Shown here in pieces: positions 14,055 through 23,169 of a stretch of DNA of 38,035 bases (position 1 is the first letter of the stretch; every line of letters starts with the position of its first letter). The notes beneath the pieces are model-generated. The model saw only the letters and a program-made list of their open reading frames with translations, did not search any database and was not told where the DNA came from. Both the position numbers and the translations under genes were made by a program. This stretch comes from a virus, in IMG/VR virus record IMGVR_UViG_3300042922_000169, positions 1 to 38,035 of that record; one strand, 5' to 3'.

Positions 14055-14597
14055 AGTAGTGATATAAGCTCCTGTAATGGTATATATTTGTTCCGATGTT
14101 AATGCGCTCAAAGTTGATATGAATCCATCATTTGTCACGTGCATGTTATATGCCGTGCCATTAGTCTCATTCCTGCCCTCAAGCCCACTTACATTTACAA
14201 GAGCATGTGGCAATCCGCTGAATAGCAGATATAATGCGCCTACATCAGATGTTAATACTATGCGAATTGATACTATTACTAATCGCCCGGATTTTATATA
14301 TCCACCGGTTACAGTGCCATATATTGACGCAACTGACTTCACCAATGCTAAATTATCATTTAGTGTTTGTAAGCTCTGTCCCATGGAGTAGGCCAGTGCA
14401 GCACCGCATATCTTTTCAACATTGTTAGTCTGGACATTTACTATATCAGCCTTGGCAGCCTTTACACTGTATAAATCCTCTATGGCATTGTCGCAATCAT
14501 CTATACCCTTTTCCATATGATTAAGATTAGTTGCATTGATCGGTGTGGCAGTGGACGGGCTGTCTTGCCAATTAAGCTTTATGTATCTCTTTGCCAT
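14049..14597 (-). CDS. Distal tail fibre / receptor-binding protein
   Basis: 182 aa. N-terminal KLNWQDSPSTATPINATNLNHMEKGIDD is a widespread Firmicute-phage fibre N-terminus. RBS GAGGTGA. Confidence 0.65.
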   Translation of the reverse strand: MAKRYIKLNWQDSPSTATPINATNLNHMEKGIDDCDNAIEDLYSVKAAKADIVNVQTNNVEKICGAALAYSMGQSLQTLNDNLALVKSVASIYGTVTGGYIKSGRLVIVSIRIVLTSDVGALYLLFSGLPHALVNVSGLEGRNETNGTAYNMHVTNDGFISTLSALTSEQIYTITGAYITTL

Positions 14598-14793
14598 CTG
14601 TTTTCACCTCTTCCTGAGCCTTTTCAAAGGCTTGTCGTTCGATCTGGATTTGTTGTGCTGCAACATTGTTTACTTGGGCTGTCAACTCGAATAGAGCCAT
14701 TTGCGTTATCGCAATAGGCAACTTCGAGTCATTGATTACCTTTGTAAGGTTCTCCTTAAGCATTTGTATCTGTAAGTTGATTCCTATTTCCAT
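14572..14793 (-). CDS. Hypothetical small helical protein upstream of the fibre gene
   Basis: 73 aa, RBS AAAGGAG. Possible fibre-associated or assembly factor, judged by position only. Confidence 0.4.
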   Translation of the reverse strand: MEIGINLQIQMLKENLTKVINDSKLPIAITQMALFELTAQVNNVAAQQIQIERQAFEKAQEEVKTDGKEIHKA

Positions 14794-14811
14794 ATCTGCT
14801 CCTTTCGCGCA

Positions 14812-14843
14812 TAAAAAGAGCAGATACCCTTAGGCTCTGCTCT
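14812..14843 (-). terminator. Rho-independent terminator after the Big_2 moron
   Basis: Minus strand: AGAGCAGA-gcctaagggta-TCTGCTCT followed by TTTTTAT. Confidence 0.6.
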
Positions 14844-14858
14844 GTTTGCTGTGTTAAA

Positions 14859-15806
14859 TTATTTCGATATTGATACATCACATTTTAGGACAATAACTTG
14901 GTTCTCCGGGGTTGTAATTGTACATGTTACAAAGGCTTCACCCTCGCCCACGGCTCTGATCTTACCGCTTGCTGAATTAACTCTAATCTTAGACCAATCT
15001 GAGGAAGCATATTTATATTTACTCTTTGCTATTCGGTTCTCTACTGTGATATCAAATGTATCATTGATAGAAAGGTCTAATGCTGATTCGGTCAATACCG
15101 GTGCGTTTTCATCTTCTCCAACTACTACCAAGCTTGTGAGTGTTTCGGTCTTGCCATTAGGAAGAGTGGCTTTACAAGTGATAGTTGCCTTACCTGGCTT
15201 AACAGCTCTTACAAGGCCGTTCTTAGCATTTACCGTTGCTATGCTTGTATCAGAACTTGTCCATGCATATTTGGTTCCGGCTGTATTGTCGACTATATTA
15301 ATATCGTATGCGGTTGCTGTTGCAAGCACTACGGATGTAGCGGTAAGGGATGGTGGAGTAATTTCATCGGCTGCAATTGCTTCTTCATCTTCTGGGACTA
15401 CATCTCGCTCGTCTACGGAGAATGGAACCTTTTCCTTTTTAGGCAACTCAACTCCATTTATATAAACTTTAATAGTAAAACTTTCACCAAGATATGTGCA
15501 AACAAGATTTGCATATTGCTCACCACTAACTATAATGTAATCAGGATTCTCCCATGTAAACTTAGCTAATGTTTGAATGTTATCTTTAATAACTGCACCT
15601 ACAGGTGCATATGCAACCAACTTTTTGCCTATATAAGCGTTTGTATCATCAGGCTTATCAAATGTATTAAACACTGTAACGTTCACATTATAATCTTTAT
15701 CGCTTATGTCAATAACGGTAAAGCTTTTTTGGTCTGCACTCGCTTGTGAATTAATTAAAAAAAAGAATATCAATGATAATAAGAATATTTTATAAATTCG
15801 CTTCAT
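14859..15806 (-). CDS. Secreted protein with two bacterial Ig-like (Big_2) domains
   Basis: 315 aa. Signal peptide MKRIYKIFLLSLIFFFLINSQASA. Two repeats of the Big_2 pattern: ..YAWTSSDTSIATVNAKNGLVRAVKPGKATITC.. and ..YASSDWSKIRVNSASGKIRAVGEGEAFVTC. Confidence 0.75.
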   Translation of the reverse strand: MKRIYKIFLLSLIFFFLINSQASADQKSFTVIDISDKDYNVNVTVFNTFDKPDDTNAYIGKKLVAYAPVGAVIKDNIQTLAKFTWENPDYIIVSGEQYANLVCTYLGESFTIKVYINGVELPKKEKVPFSVDERDVVPEDEEAIAADEITPPSLTATSVVLATATAYDINIVDNTAGTKYAWTSSDTSIATVNAKNGLVRAVKPGKATITCKATLPNGKTETLTSLVVVGEDENAPVLTESALDLSINDTFDITVENRIAKSKYKYASSDWSKIRVNSASGKIRAVGEGEAFVTCTITTPENQVIVLKCDVSISK

Positions 15807-15825
15807 ATATTACACCTCCAATTTT

Positions 15826-15853
15826 ATTATAACACTTATGTAATATTTTACAA
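15826..15853 (-). promoter_or_regulatory. Own promoter of the Big_2 moron
   Basis: Minus strand: TTGTAA (15848-15853), 16 nt, TGtTATAAT (15826-15831), then GGAGGTG RBS. Confidence 0.55.
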
Positions 15854-15878
15854 TATCTATTAAAATATTCTAATTATA

Positions 15879-18275
15879 TTATAATGATGCGATAATAAAG
15901 CACAATAATTCCTCGTATCTAATACCAAGTCTTGTAACCGGGAGCGTTCCTTCATCCTCTGCCGTATAAGGTATTTCGTCTTCCCTTACTGCTTTTCCGT
16001 CTTTTTCGTACCATGTGTCAGAGCAGAATAAAGCGTAATTATCTACAACTAGCCCTTCTTCCTCGAAGATCTTTCTGACTTCTTGCGCATATACTCCAGT
16101 GTGCTTTCTTGCCTCATCACCTTTAGCCTTGACAGCATCGTTAAACTTAAAAGTCTTTATGCTGTTTTTTATTTTTAAAGCAACCCTTCTTTCTGCGTCC
16201 GATAAGCTCATGCCTTGCTGCTTTAATGTTTCGTCAGAGGTTGAAATTACTGGGGTTGCTGCAAATACCTGAGTCCATAAGTATGATGGTGATCCGCAAG
16301 ATATTACATTAGAACCAGAGTCACTATGAGGCCTAAAGTTATTACCAAATGCCGTAACCTTTGCTACTCCATCATATAAAGAGGTATGTGTATGATACGC
16401 CGGGGAAGCATACGAGCCAATGTTGGCGGAATTTATTGGTGTTCCTCCGTTTAAAAGGGTGCAATATAGATACCCATCCACCGAAAAAGAACCCTTTGTA
16501 ACTCCACCCACAGTCATATTAAGCCCAGTATGAGCTAATGCCACGTTATAGCTTCCGGCGGTATCCTGCAGCACGATATTGCCTGGGGAATGATTAGAAG
16601 ATATTGTACCGCTATATTGATAAAGTAAGCTGGTTGTAATTGCACCATTGGATATAGTTGTGGTATGAGTAGTTCCTACTTGGTTGAACGATGTTGCATT
16701 AATCGCCCCACCGTTTATCGTAGGACTGTTAATCGTATTTCCACTCAGTGTTCCTGTAAAAGTACCATCGACCCCTGACAGTGTCCCCATAAATACTCCG
16801 CCGGCAGCATTTAAATCCCCAGAAAAAGAACCAGAAGCAGCAACTAATTCACCGCTAAACTTTCCATTTACCGCTTCCATGGAACCGTCTGCTAGTATCT
16901 TGAAATTATTATTAGCCGTAATCAAACCTTCAAGTGAAATATTATCAGCTTTAAGAATAATACTGGTTAAATCAGTATCAGGATCACCATTAAGATCAAT
17001 ATAACCAATATTACCAGCGCTATTCACCTTAAGCACTACCTGGCCTGCAAGTACGGCTATTTCACCGGATAAATTAGTTTCTAGGTCAGATACGGTTACG
17101 CTGACTTCATCTACGGTCTTAACTATTCTTGCTGTTCTTCCTTTAAGTTGCTGTATCTCATAATTTAATCCGAAATTCTGTATCTGCTCTTCTTCACCCT
17201 CGGCCACAAATACGTCTCTTAGTCCTTGTATACCGGTTAAAGTCCTTTGTAGTACAAATCCTTGCACCGGATCATCCTGGGAGAATTCCACCATGTCTCC
17301 AACTTCGATATAAGGCAATCCAACATTATTACTTGAATACGGTCTATAAGGTCTCTTGGCGATATACCCAAAAATATTTGTAGCTATGGTCTCAAGCTCT
17401 GCAGCAGACTTTCCATATACCAAAAAGTTATCCTGAATAATATAACTATTGGAACCGGTTCCCACGATAGCCCCAATATCATCATCGTCCTGCCGGATAA
17501 TAAGTTTAGTGATTTCCTTGACTGTGTATTCCTCGAACTTGATTGATTCCATCATGCTTACCGTGATTGTCTCGTCTACAAGGCTTGGTGTCACATATGT
17601 GGTGTCTGTCTCTGATCTAGGATACTCATGCCCGGGGTAAAATGTTCCGGGGTATAAGCCGTAGGCAGGCTTAAGGATAATATGTGTAAATTTTCCCTCC
17701 CGATTGATGTGGCCAAAGCAACCGTTTATTTCCTCACAGGCTTCTATTACGGTTCGCCCTGCAAGCTGTGACACGCTAATTGTCTTTTCTACGGTCATTG
17801 AGTCATTAGGCAATGGAAGTTTGCTTGTGTCTTGTTCAAGCCCTACGTGAGCCAGAAATGAGGCTCTGAACGCTGCTAGCGTCAAAGGAAAGGTCAATCC
17901 ATTATACCAGTCACCGACATCTACCTCAATTTTTTTCATTCGGTCATAAGCAACTATATCCTTCATTGTCATATCGTCGCTCGTGGTGCAGCTATAAACT
18001 TTATATATTCCAAGCGGTACTGTATAGCCTCCTATGATGTGCTTGTATTCAAATTCATAACCAGTTAAATCATTAGGAATTAATTCTATGCTGATCTCAC
18101 ATTGAGACGCTATACAGGAGCCATATACAATGTTATCGCTGTTAACTATGCTTTCTATTAATTTAGGGCTTTCTTCTATAATCGAATCTGATAAAGTTAG
18201 CCCTAATGACGGGAAATACATAACAGGAGTTATAACTTCACCCTGCTTATAAAGATTCTTTATTGCTTCTTCCAT
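15879..18275 (-). CDS. Tail-associated (Tal-position) minor structural protein / tail spike with C-terminal S74 intramolecular chaperone domain
   Basis: 798 aa directly after the Dit-position gene. Central Gly/Ser/Thr-rich repeats. C-terminal TSDETLK...HTGVYAQEVRKIFEEEGL matches the endosialidase chaperone (peptidase S74) motif. Confidence 0.75.
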   Translation of the reverse strand: MEEAIKNLYKQGEVITPVMYFPSLGLTLSDSIIEESPKLIESIVNSDNIVYGSCIASQCEISIELIPNDLTGYEFEYKHIIGGYTVPLGIYKVYSCTTSDDMTMKDIVAYDRMKKIEVDVGDWYNGLTFPLTLAAFRASFLAHVGLEQDTSKLPLPNDSMTVEKTISVSQLAGRTVIEACEEINGCFGHINREGKFTHIILKPAYGLYPGTFYPGHEYPRSETDTTYVTPSLVDETITVSMMESIKFEEYTVKEITKLIIRQDDDDIGAIVGTGSNSYIIQDNFLVYGKSAAELETIATNIFGYIAKRPYRPYSSNNVGLPYIEVGDMVEFSQDDPVQGFVLQRTLTGIQGLRDVFVAEGEEEQIQNFGLNYEIQQLKGRTARIVKTVDEVSVTVSDLETNLSGEIAVLAGQVVLKVNSAGNIGYIDLNGDPDTDLTSIILKADNISLEGLITANNNFKILADGSMEAVNGKFSGELVAASGSFSGDLNAAGGVFMGTLSGVDGTFTGTLSGNTINSPTINGGAINATSFNQVGTTHTTTISNGAITTSLLYQYSGTISSNHSPGNIVLQDTAGSYNVALAHTGLNMTVGGVTKGSFSVDGYLYCTLLNGGTPINSANIGSYASPAYHTHTSLYDGVAKVTAFGNNFRPHSDSGSNVISCGSPSYLWTQVFAATPVISTSDETLKQQGMSLSDAERRVALKIKNSIKTFKFNDAVKAKGDEARKHTGVYAQEVRKIFEEEGLVVDNYALFCSDTWYEKDGKAVREDEIPYTAEDEGTLPVTRLGIRYEELLCFIIASL

Positions 18276-18287
18276 TGCTTCACCGCC

Positions 18288-18677
18288 TTATAAACTTATC
18301 AAAACAATATCGATAGGCTGATAAATGATTTCTATGTCTCTGACCTTGTAGTGCTTAAATTCAAAATCATTGGTTTTGAAAGTGTTAGAAGTATAATATG
18401 TACCGGTTTTCTGATCCCAAAACTCAATAGTCAATCCACTACCCGAATGGAAATATCCAATAAACGCATCAACCGCAGCCTTTTTCATTGCATTGGTTGA
18501 GAACTTTATTTCAGAAGTGGTATGTGGTGAATAAATCTCGTGTTGCTTACCATCTGCCGTGTAATAACTCCTTATTAATCTCCTTACTATGGGCTTGCAT
18601 GAATATGTTTTCATGTTGATGTATCTATTGGGCAACTCTATATCATTAATTTTTAACAAATGACCATCAAACGCCAT
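18288..18677 (-). CDS. Putative distal tail protein (Dit position, short)
   Basis: 129 aa between the tape measure and Tal. The assignment is by synteny only. Confidence 0.4.
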   Translation of the reverse strand: MAFDGHLLKINDIELPNRYINMKTYSCKPIVRRLIRSYYTADGKQHEIYSPHTTSEIKFSTNAMKKAAVDAFIGYFHSGSGLTIEFWDQKTGTYYTSNTFKTNDFEFKHYKVRDIEIIYQPIDIVLISL

Positions 18678-18681
18678 TGTA

Positions 18682-21099
18682 TCACCCTATCGGGAATGGA
18701 GCAGTTCCCGTCCTTTGATAATATTTCTTTGCCTCAAGTCTAATGAATTCGAACAATCCACCATTCTTTTCTGTTGCTGTAATTTCAACCCCGAAAGTTC
18801 CTATCAATGCACTAAGTATATCTTGTGATCCGTTAATAGGTGCTCCGCTGTTCTTTGATGACATATCGAACGATGATTCTATGTCAAAATCAGTAGGTAT
18901 GCTTGCATTGATATCCTTTGCCACGCTGTCCATCTCATCTACAAAACCCTCGCCAAGTCCTTGCGCTAGATACTTACCTACTTCATCTCGAAATACTGTT
19001 GACGGGGAGTGGATTCCAAAAAAGTCCTTAATACCGTTGAGTACTGAACCGCCAAAGCCTTTTATCTTGCTAATAATCCAATCAGTTGCGTTGTTTATAC
19101 CATTCCATAAGCCTTTTACTAAGTTAAGTCCTATATCAGCTAATCCAGTTAAGCCACTTGATAAACCGGATATAATATTACTACCAAATTCTTTTACATT
19201 CTTCTGTATCCATGTCACAAGACCATTCATACCGAGCCATATACCCTTAACTGCATTTATTCCTATAGTTTTTAAATTATCAGGAAGCTCGCTTAGTCCA
19301 TCTACGATTTTTGTCAACACATTCTTTGCTGCTTCTATAGCCTTATCTTTCAAACTGTTTGCAAAGTCTTGAATTTTCTGCACGCCATTGTCGAAATGTT
19401 CTTTCAACTTCCCTGGTAATTCCCCTATACTCTTTCCGAGGTCTACAAAGAAGGTTTTGACCTTCTCAACCAATTCATTTACCTTAGTTCTAAACTCTTC
19501 GTTATTATCATAAATGAGTTTAAAAGCGCCGGAGATAGGATTTACTAGCATCAATAGCAACGCCTGCCAGTTATCTTTTACGAAACTGATCACACCTGAT
19601 AAAAATCCTTTCACTTTCTCAATTGCGCCGGATACTACTTCTGTTATATTGCCCCATATTTCTTTAACTCCATTTCTTAAATCTTCATTAGTAGCAAAAA
19701 GCGTCCCGATAACTGCAACCAATCCCACAATAGCTGTTATTATTATCCCGATTGGATTGGCATTCATTACGACATTTAACGCTGCTTGCGCTATAGCCGC
19801 ACCTTCATTTGCTAGCTGAAAAGCTTTTATAGCTGTTACGGCACCTTGAATCATAGTAACAACATTCCATGCGACAAATCCGGCAGCTATTCCGCTAATT
19901 ACGGCTATCACTTTATCTCCGTTATCTACAAGCCATCCTATTAATTCAGCTACTTTTGATGCTATATTACTAACAGTTTCTGCAATGGCAGGAGCGCTTT
20001 CCTGCAATTTTTCTATTAAAGGTTCAATGGAAGGCATTAATTCGCTTAATATAGACCCGGCTATTCCTGTAACAGACGTTTTTAATTGCCCCATAGTATC
20101 ACCGAAATCATCGAGTGCAGATACTGTATCATTGCTCATAACTGCCCCGGTGTCTTTTGCCTGCTGTGCCAGTTTCTCAAGTTCGTCTGATCCAGCTTTT
20201 ATAAGTGGATTTAAGTCTGCCGCAGACTTGCCGAAAATATCTTGTGCAATAGCCGTTCGTTCAGTTTCATTTGTGACCTTTCCTAATGCATCGATAGCCT
20301 CATTAAACACATCGTTACTGTCACGCAAGTTACCTGCGCTATCAGTTACTTTTATACCTAACTTTTCAAATGCTTCATATGCAGTTCCGCTTTCTCCAGA
20401 TGCACTTGACATATTGTTAATTAATTTCGAAAAGCTACCAGTGATTGTATCAATGCTTGTTCCAACCGTATCTCCAACATATGCAAGCTCTTGTATTTTT
20501 TCCGCACTCAACCCTGTCTGATCTGCTGTCTGTTGTATGCTGTCAGCTGCTTCTAATGCTTCTGATGCAAGAGATGATATAGATCCAACAAGGTTCTTTA
20601 TTCCACCTATTATGGCCTCTGAAATCAGGTTTGCCTTAATCATATCGCCCATGGAAAACGCTTTTTCACCTGCTTCATCAGCTTTGTTTCCGAATTCCTC
20701 AATCTCTTTTCCGAGGTCATCTGCCGGATTAGTTGCCTTTTCCATTGCATCAGTGTTGTTCTTGAGTTCTCTTTCCATGGTATTTAACTCAGCAGTAGCC
20801 TGGTTAACTGAACGCTGCCACCCCTGTGTTACCTTGTCATTTTCTCCGTATTTATCAGATGCAGAAGAAAGTCCTTTTTGCAGTTCTGCAAGCTTTTTGT
20901 TTTGTTCATCAATCTGCTTGTTTAATACTTCATTCCTTGATGATAATGCCTCGACACTGTTATCGCCTTTATCAAACTGGCTAGCAACTACCTTCATTTC
21001 AGTGCCAAGAGTTTTTAAATTTTCGTTAATTCCATTGATTGCGCTACGAAATTCAGCTTCGCCATCAATCCCTATCTTTGGGCCGATATCATATGCCAC
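18682..21099 (-). CDS. Tape measure protein
   Basis: 805 aa, helical and Ala/Gly/Ile-rich with central hydrophobic segments. It sits downstream of the G/G-T chaperones. Confidence 0.9.
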   Translation of the reverse strand: MAYDIGPKIGIDGEAEFRSAINGINENLKTLGTEMKVVASQFDKGDNSVEALSSRNEVLNKQIDEQNKKLAELQKGLSSASDKYGENDKVTQGWQRSVNQATAELNTMERELKNNTDAMEKATNPADDLGKEIEEFGNKADEAGEKAFSMGDMIKANLISEAIIGGIKNLVGSISSLASEALEAADSIQQTADQTGLSAEKIQELAYVGDTVGTSIDTITGSFSKLINNMSSASGESGTAYEAFEKLGIKVTDSAGNLRDSNDVFNEAIDALGKVTNETERTAIAQDIFGKSAADLNPLIKAGSDELEKLAQQAKDTGAVMSNDTVSALDDFGDTMGQLKTSVTGIAGSILSELMPSIEPLIEKLQESAPAIAETVSNIASKVAELIGWLVDNGDKVIAVISGIAAGFVAWNVVTMIQGAVTAIKAFQLANEGAAIAQAALNVVMNANPIGIIITAIVGLVAVIGTLFATNEDLRNGVKEIWGNITEVVSGAIEKVKGFLSGVISFVKDNWQALLLMLVNPISGAFKLIYDNNEEFRTKVNELVEKVKTFFVDLGKSIGELPGKLKEHFDNGVQKIQDFANSLKDKAIEAAKNVLTKIVDGLSELPDNLKTIGINAVKGIWLGMNGLVTWIQKNVKEFGSNIISGLSSGLTGLADIGLNLVKGLWNGINNATDWIISKIKGFGGSVLNGIKDFFGIHSPSTVFRDEVGKYLAQGLGEGFVDEMDSVAKDINASIPTDFDIESSFDMSSKNSGAPINGSQDILSALIGTFGVEITATEKNGGLFEFIRLEAKKYYQRTGTAPFPIG

Positions 21100-21116
21100 T
21101 TATATCACCTGCCTTT

Positions 21117-21335
21117 TTAAAATGGAACAGCATCATCAAGAGTTGATGAAGATGATTCCAAATCACAATATCTGATATGTTTTGCTATCATTAACATTTC
21201 TTGGTCAAAATCATTCTTGTATTCCCGGTATAGTTTCATAAACTTACCGAGAGTCATCCACCCGATTTCTTTTTCCTTGAATCCCAATTTTTTTACCCCT
21301 ATATAAGTTAACCGAGCAATGGGGATTATCACCAC
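21117..21335 (-). CDS. T part of the tail assembly chaperone, reached by -1 frameshift from 21344..21754
   Basis: No independent RBS. The -1 frame from the slippery site reads KKLDNRVVIIPIARLTYIG..., continuous with this ORF. Confidence 0.7.
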   Translation of the reverse strand: MVIIPIARLTYIGVKKLGFKEKEIGWMTLGKFMKLYREYKNDFDQEMLMIAKHIRYCDLESSSSTLDDAVPF

Positions 21336-21343
21336 TCGGTTAT

Positions 21344-21754
21344 CTAGTTTTTTTCTTCATCATCTATCTCTTCATCTGCTGATGGATCCTTGGAACGATT
21401 TGAGTCTGTTACCAGATTTTTAATAACCTCTGATGCTTCCAATACACCGCCAAGTATTCTACCTACCTGCTTTTCGGTAAGCAACTTCCTGGGTTCTTCC
21501 CTCTTGACGTAATATTGACACTCTGGATCATTTTCCATCTCGATACCCTCATTAATGCAGACAGTATATATAAACTTAACATCTTGCATTTTTGGTTCTG
21601 CTTGCTTGCCGTGCTCATCTGTACTTGGACTAAGTGCATCTGCGAATTTACTCATGCTGCCATATCGATCTTGTACGCTCTCTATTACATTTAAATTAAA
21701 AGCTAGTGGATATTCTTTTCCACCAGCGCTTACATGTCGAAATACATCTTTCAT
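21344..21754 (-). CDS. Tail assembly chaperone (gpG-like)
   Basis: 136 aa with an acidic C-terminus, between the major tail and tape measure genes. Confidence 0.75.
   Translation of the reverse strand: MKDVFRHVSAGGKEYPLAFNLNVIESVQDRYGSMSKFADALSPSTDEHGKQAEPKMQDVKFIYTVCINEGIEMENDPECQYYVKREEPRKLLTEKQVGRILGGVLEASEVIKNLVTDSNRSKDPSADEEIDDEEKN
21347..21353 (-). promoter_or_regulatory. Programmed -1 ribosomal frameshift heptamer A_AAA_AAC
   Basis: Minus strand: gaa gaA AAA AAC tag at the last codons of the G chaperone gene. This is the canonical X_XXY_YYZ pattern. Confidence 0.7.
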
Positions 21755-21770
21755 TTAAGCCCCTCCGTCA

Positions 21771-21799
21771 AATAAAATAGGGGTAGAATCATCTACCCC
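21771..21799 (-). terminator. Hairpin plus T-run after the major tail gene
   Basis: Minus strand: GGGGTAGA-tgat-TCTACCCC followed by TATTTTATTT. Confidence 0.5.
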
Positions 21800-21807
21800 A
21801 TTAATCA

Positions 21808-22674
21808 CTAAGATACCTTTACTACCACGATTTCAGTCGTTTGTGATTGCTTTCCTGCTTCGAATGCAACAATCTTTAACTTCTTAGTTCCTGTTGCTGC
21901 AATTGCTATCGCGGATGACGCAACACCACTTGTAAGAGTCTGTGTTAGCACATCGTTAATATATAGTTGAATTGTGTGGTTTGCTGCCGTTGCGGTGACT
22001 GTAAAGCTAGTACCGGTAAGCCCACCAAATGTATAGTATCTTGTATTGGCTCCGAATGCAGGTGACAACGTACCACCGGTTCCTGCCATTGTCAAGCCTG
22101 TTAAACCACTGGAAGATGAAACAGGAATTCCAGCTTTCGCGTTCAACCACGCTATCGCATCGGCTTCTACATCTAACAATTTTTCAATTTTCAAATTACC
22201 ATTGACATCTTTCATGATCGTACCATTGATAGTTGGTGTCTGAAATGCAACTGTTTCACCTTTAGTGGTGTTATCATCTGCCGGCTCACTGTATTGCATT
22301 TTATAAAGCCAAATTGCGCGGTATTTATAGGCACCGTTCCGCTTAACCTTACCATAAAATCCGTGTCCTAAATAAGGAGCTAAGTCATTTTCATTTACAA
22401 CCATCTCCCCGTTTCCGTTGATCTGATGTCCCAATACAAACGCCTGAACTTCATGTGTGAGTTCATTTAGTCCAAGCGCCTCTGTTCCTCCTGATATTGA
22501 CTGATCTATATCATCTAATGCATCATCAGCATAAAGAGGAACATTGTTACTAGTCCATGCGAGATTCGCCGTCATTGCCTTACCCATCACCATGCCATCA
22601 GTATACACCGGAGTACCGGTGCTATCATCGTACTTAGCACAAACAGGATATTTTAAACCTATCTTTTTGCTCAT
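21808..22674 (-). CDS. Major tail (tube) protein with C-terminal cadherin-like/Ig-like domain
   Basis: 288 aa. The N-terminal region is typical of phi13-type major tail proteins. The C-terminal ~100 aa contains LTGLTMAGTGGTLSPAFGANTRYYTF... Confidence 0.8.
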   Translation of the reverse strand: MSKKIGLKYPVCAKYDDSTGTPVYTDGMVMGKAMTANLAWTSNNVPLYADDALDDIDQSISGGTEALGLNELTHEVQAFVLGHQINGNGEMVVNENDLAPYLGHGFYGKVKRNGAYKYRAIWLYKMQYSEPADDNTTKGETVAFQTPTINGTIMKDVNGNLKIEKLLDVEADAIAWLNAKAGIPVSSSSGLTGLTMAGTGGTLSPAFGANTRYYTFGGLTGTSFTVTATAANHTIQLYINDVLTQTLTSGVASSAIAIAATGTKKLKIVAFEAGKQSQTTEIVVVKVS

Positions 22675-22688
22675 ACTCTACCCCTTTC

Positions 22689-23168
22689 TTATAAGGCATA
22701 TATTGTTAAATCTGCTTCTATACTTTTACCCATTTCTTCAACTGATTTCTTTTTGCTTCGGTTTACTGCTTTTCTTACAAAAGGGGTTTTCTGTCTTACG
22801 CTTGAACCGCTTTCTATTGCTCTTGCTACCAGCGCGTTAGGAACTCCCTTCGTATACTTTTTGGTAGGATAACTTCCGTACCCATCGAATCCTATTTTAA
22901 CATTAATAATTCCGTCTCTATCAGTGCTTACAGGAGTTATACCAAATGAATCAATTAAATCCTTCTTAGTTCCCTTTGGTGTCCCAACAAAACTATCACC
23001 AGTCTGCAGCTTTCTGAATTTTTCATCCGTTAAGGACTCCAATTCATTTCTAATTTCATCAGCAACTATTCCGGCACCGACTTTCAAAGCATTGCTACAT
23101 ATTTTTGTAGAATCTTTTCCGAGTTTAGATAGTTGCTCCATGTATTTTTCGGGTCCATTGATTGTCAT
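22689..23168 (-). CDS. HK97 gp10-family tail component
   Basis: Preferred start is MTINGPEKY at 23168, one nt after the upstream stop. ...ALVARAIESGSSVRQKTPFVRKAV matches the gp10-family C-terminus. Confidence 0.65.
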   Translation of the reverse strand: MTINGPEKYMEQLSKLGKDSTKICSNALKVGAGIVADEIRNELESLTDEKFRKLQTGDSFVGTPKGTKKDLIDSFGITPVSTDRDGIINVKIGFDGYGSYPTKKYTKGVPNALVARAIESGSSVRQKTPFVRKAVNRSKKKSVEEMGKSIEADLTIYAL

Positions 23169-23169
23169 T

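Noticed and set aside
14851-15465. 204-aa plus-strand ORF opposite the Big_2 gene
   Set aside because: It is an antisense shadow ORF with no RBS. The minus-strand frame has a signal peptide and recognisable Ig-like domains.
18743-21175. Long plus-strand ORFs (18743..19372, 19514..19819, 19985..20521, 20537..21175) opposite the tape measure gene
   Set aside because: They are antisense shadows of a biased, repeat-rich gene. Their products are low-complexity Ser/Pro/Phe-rich. They have no RBS and are incompatible with the clear 805-aa tape measure ORF.
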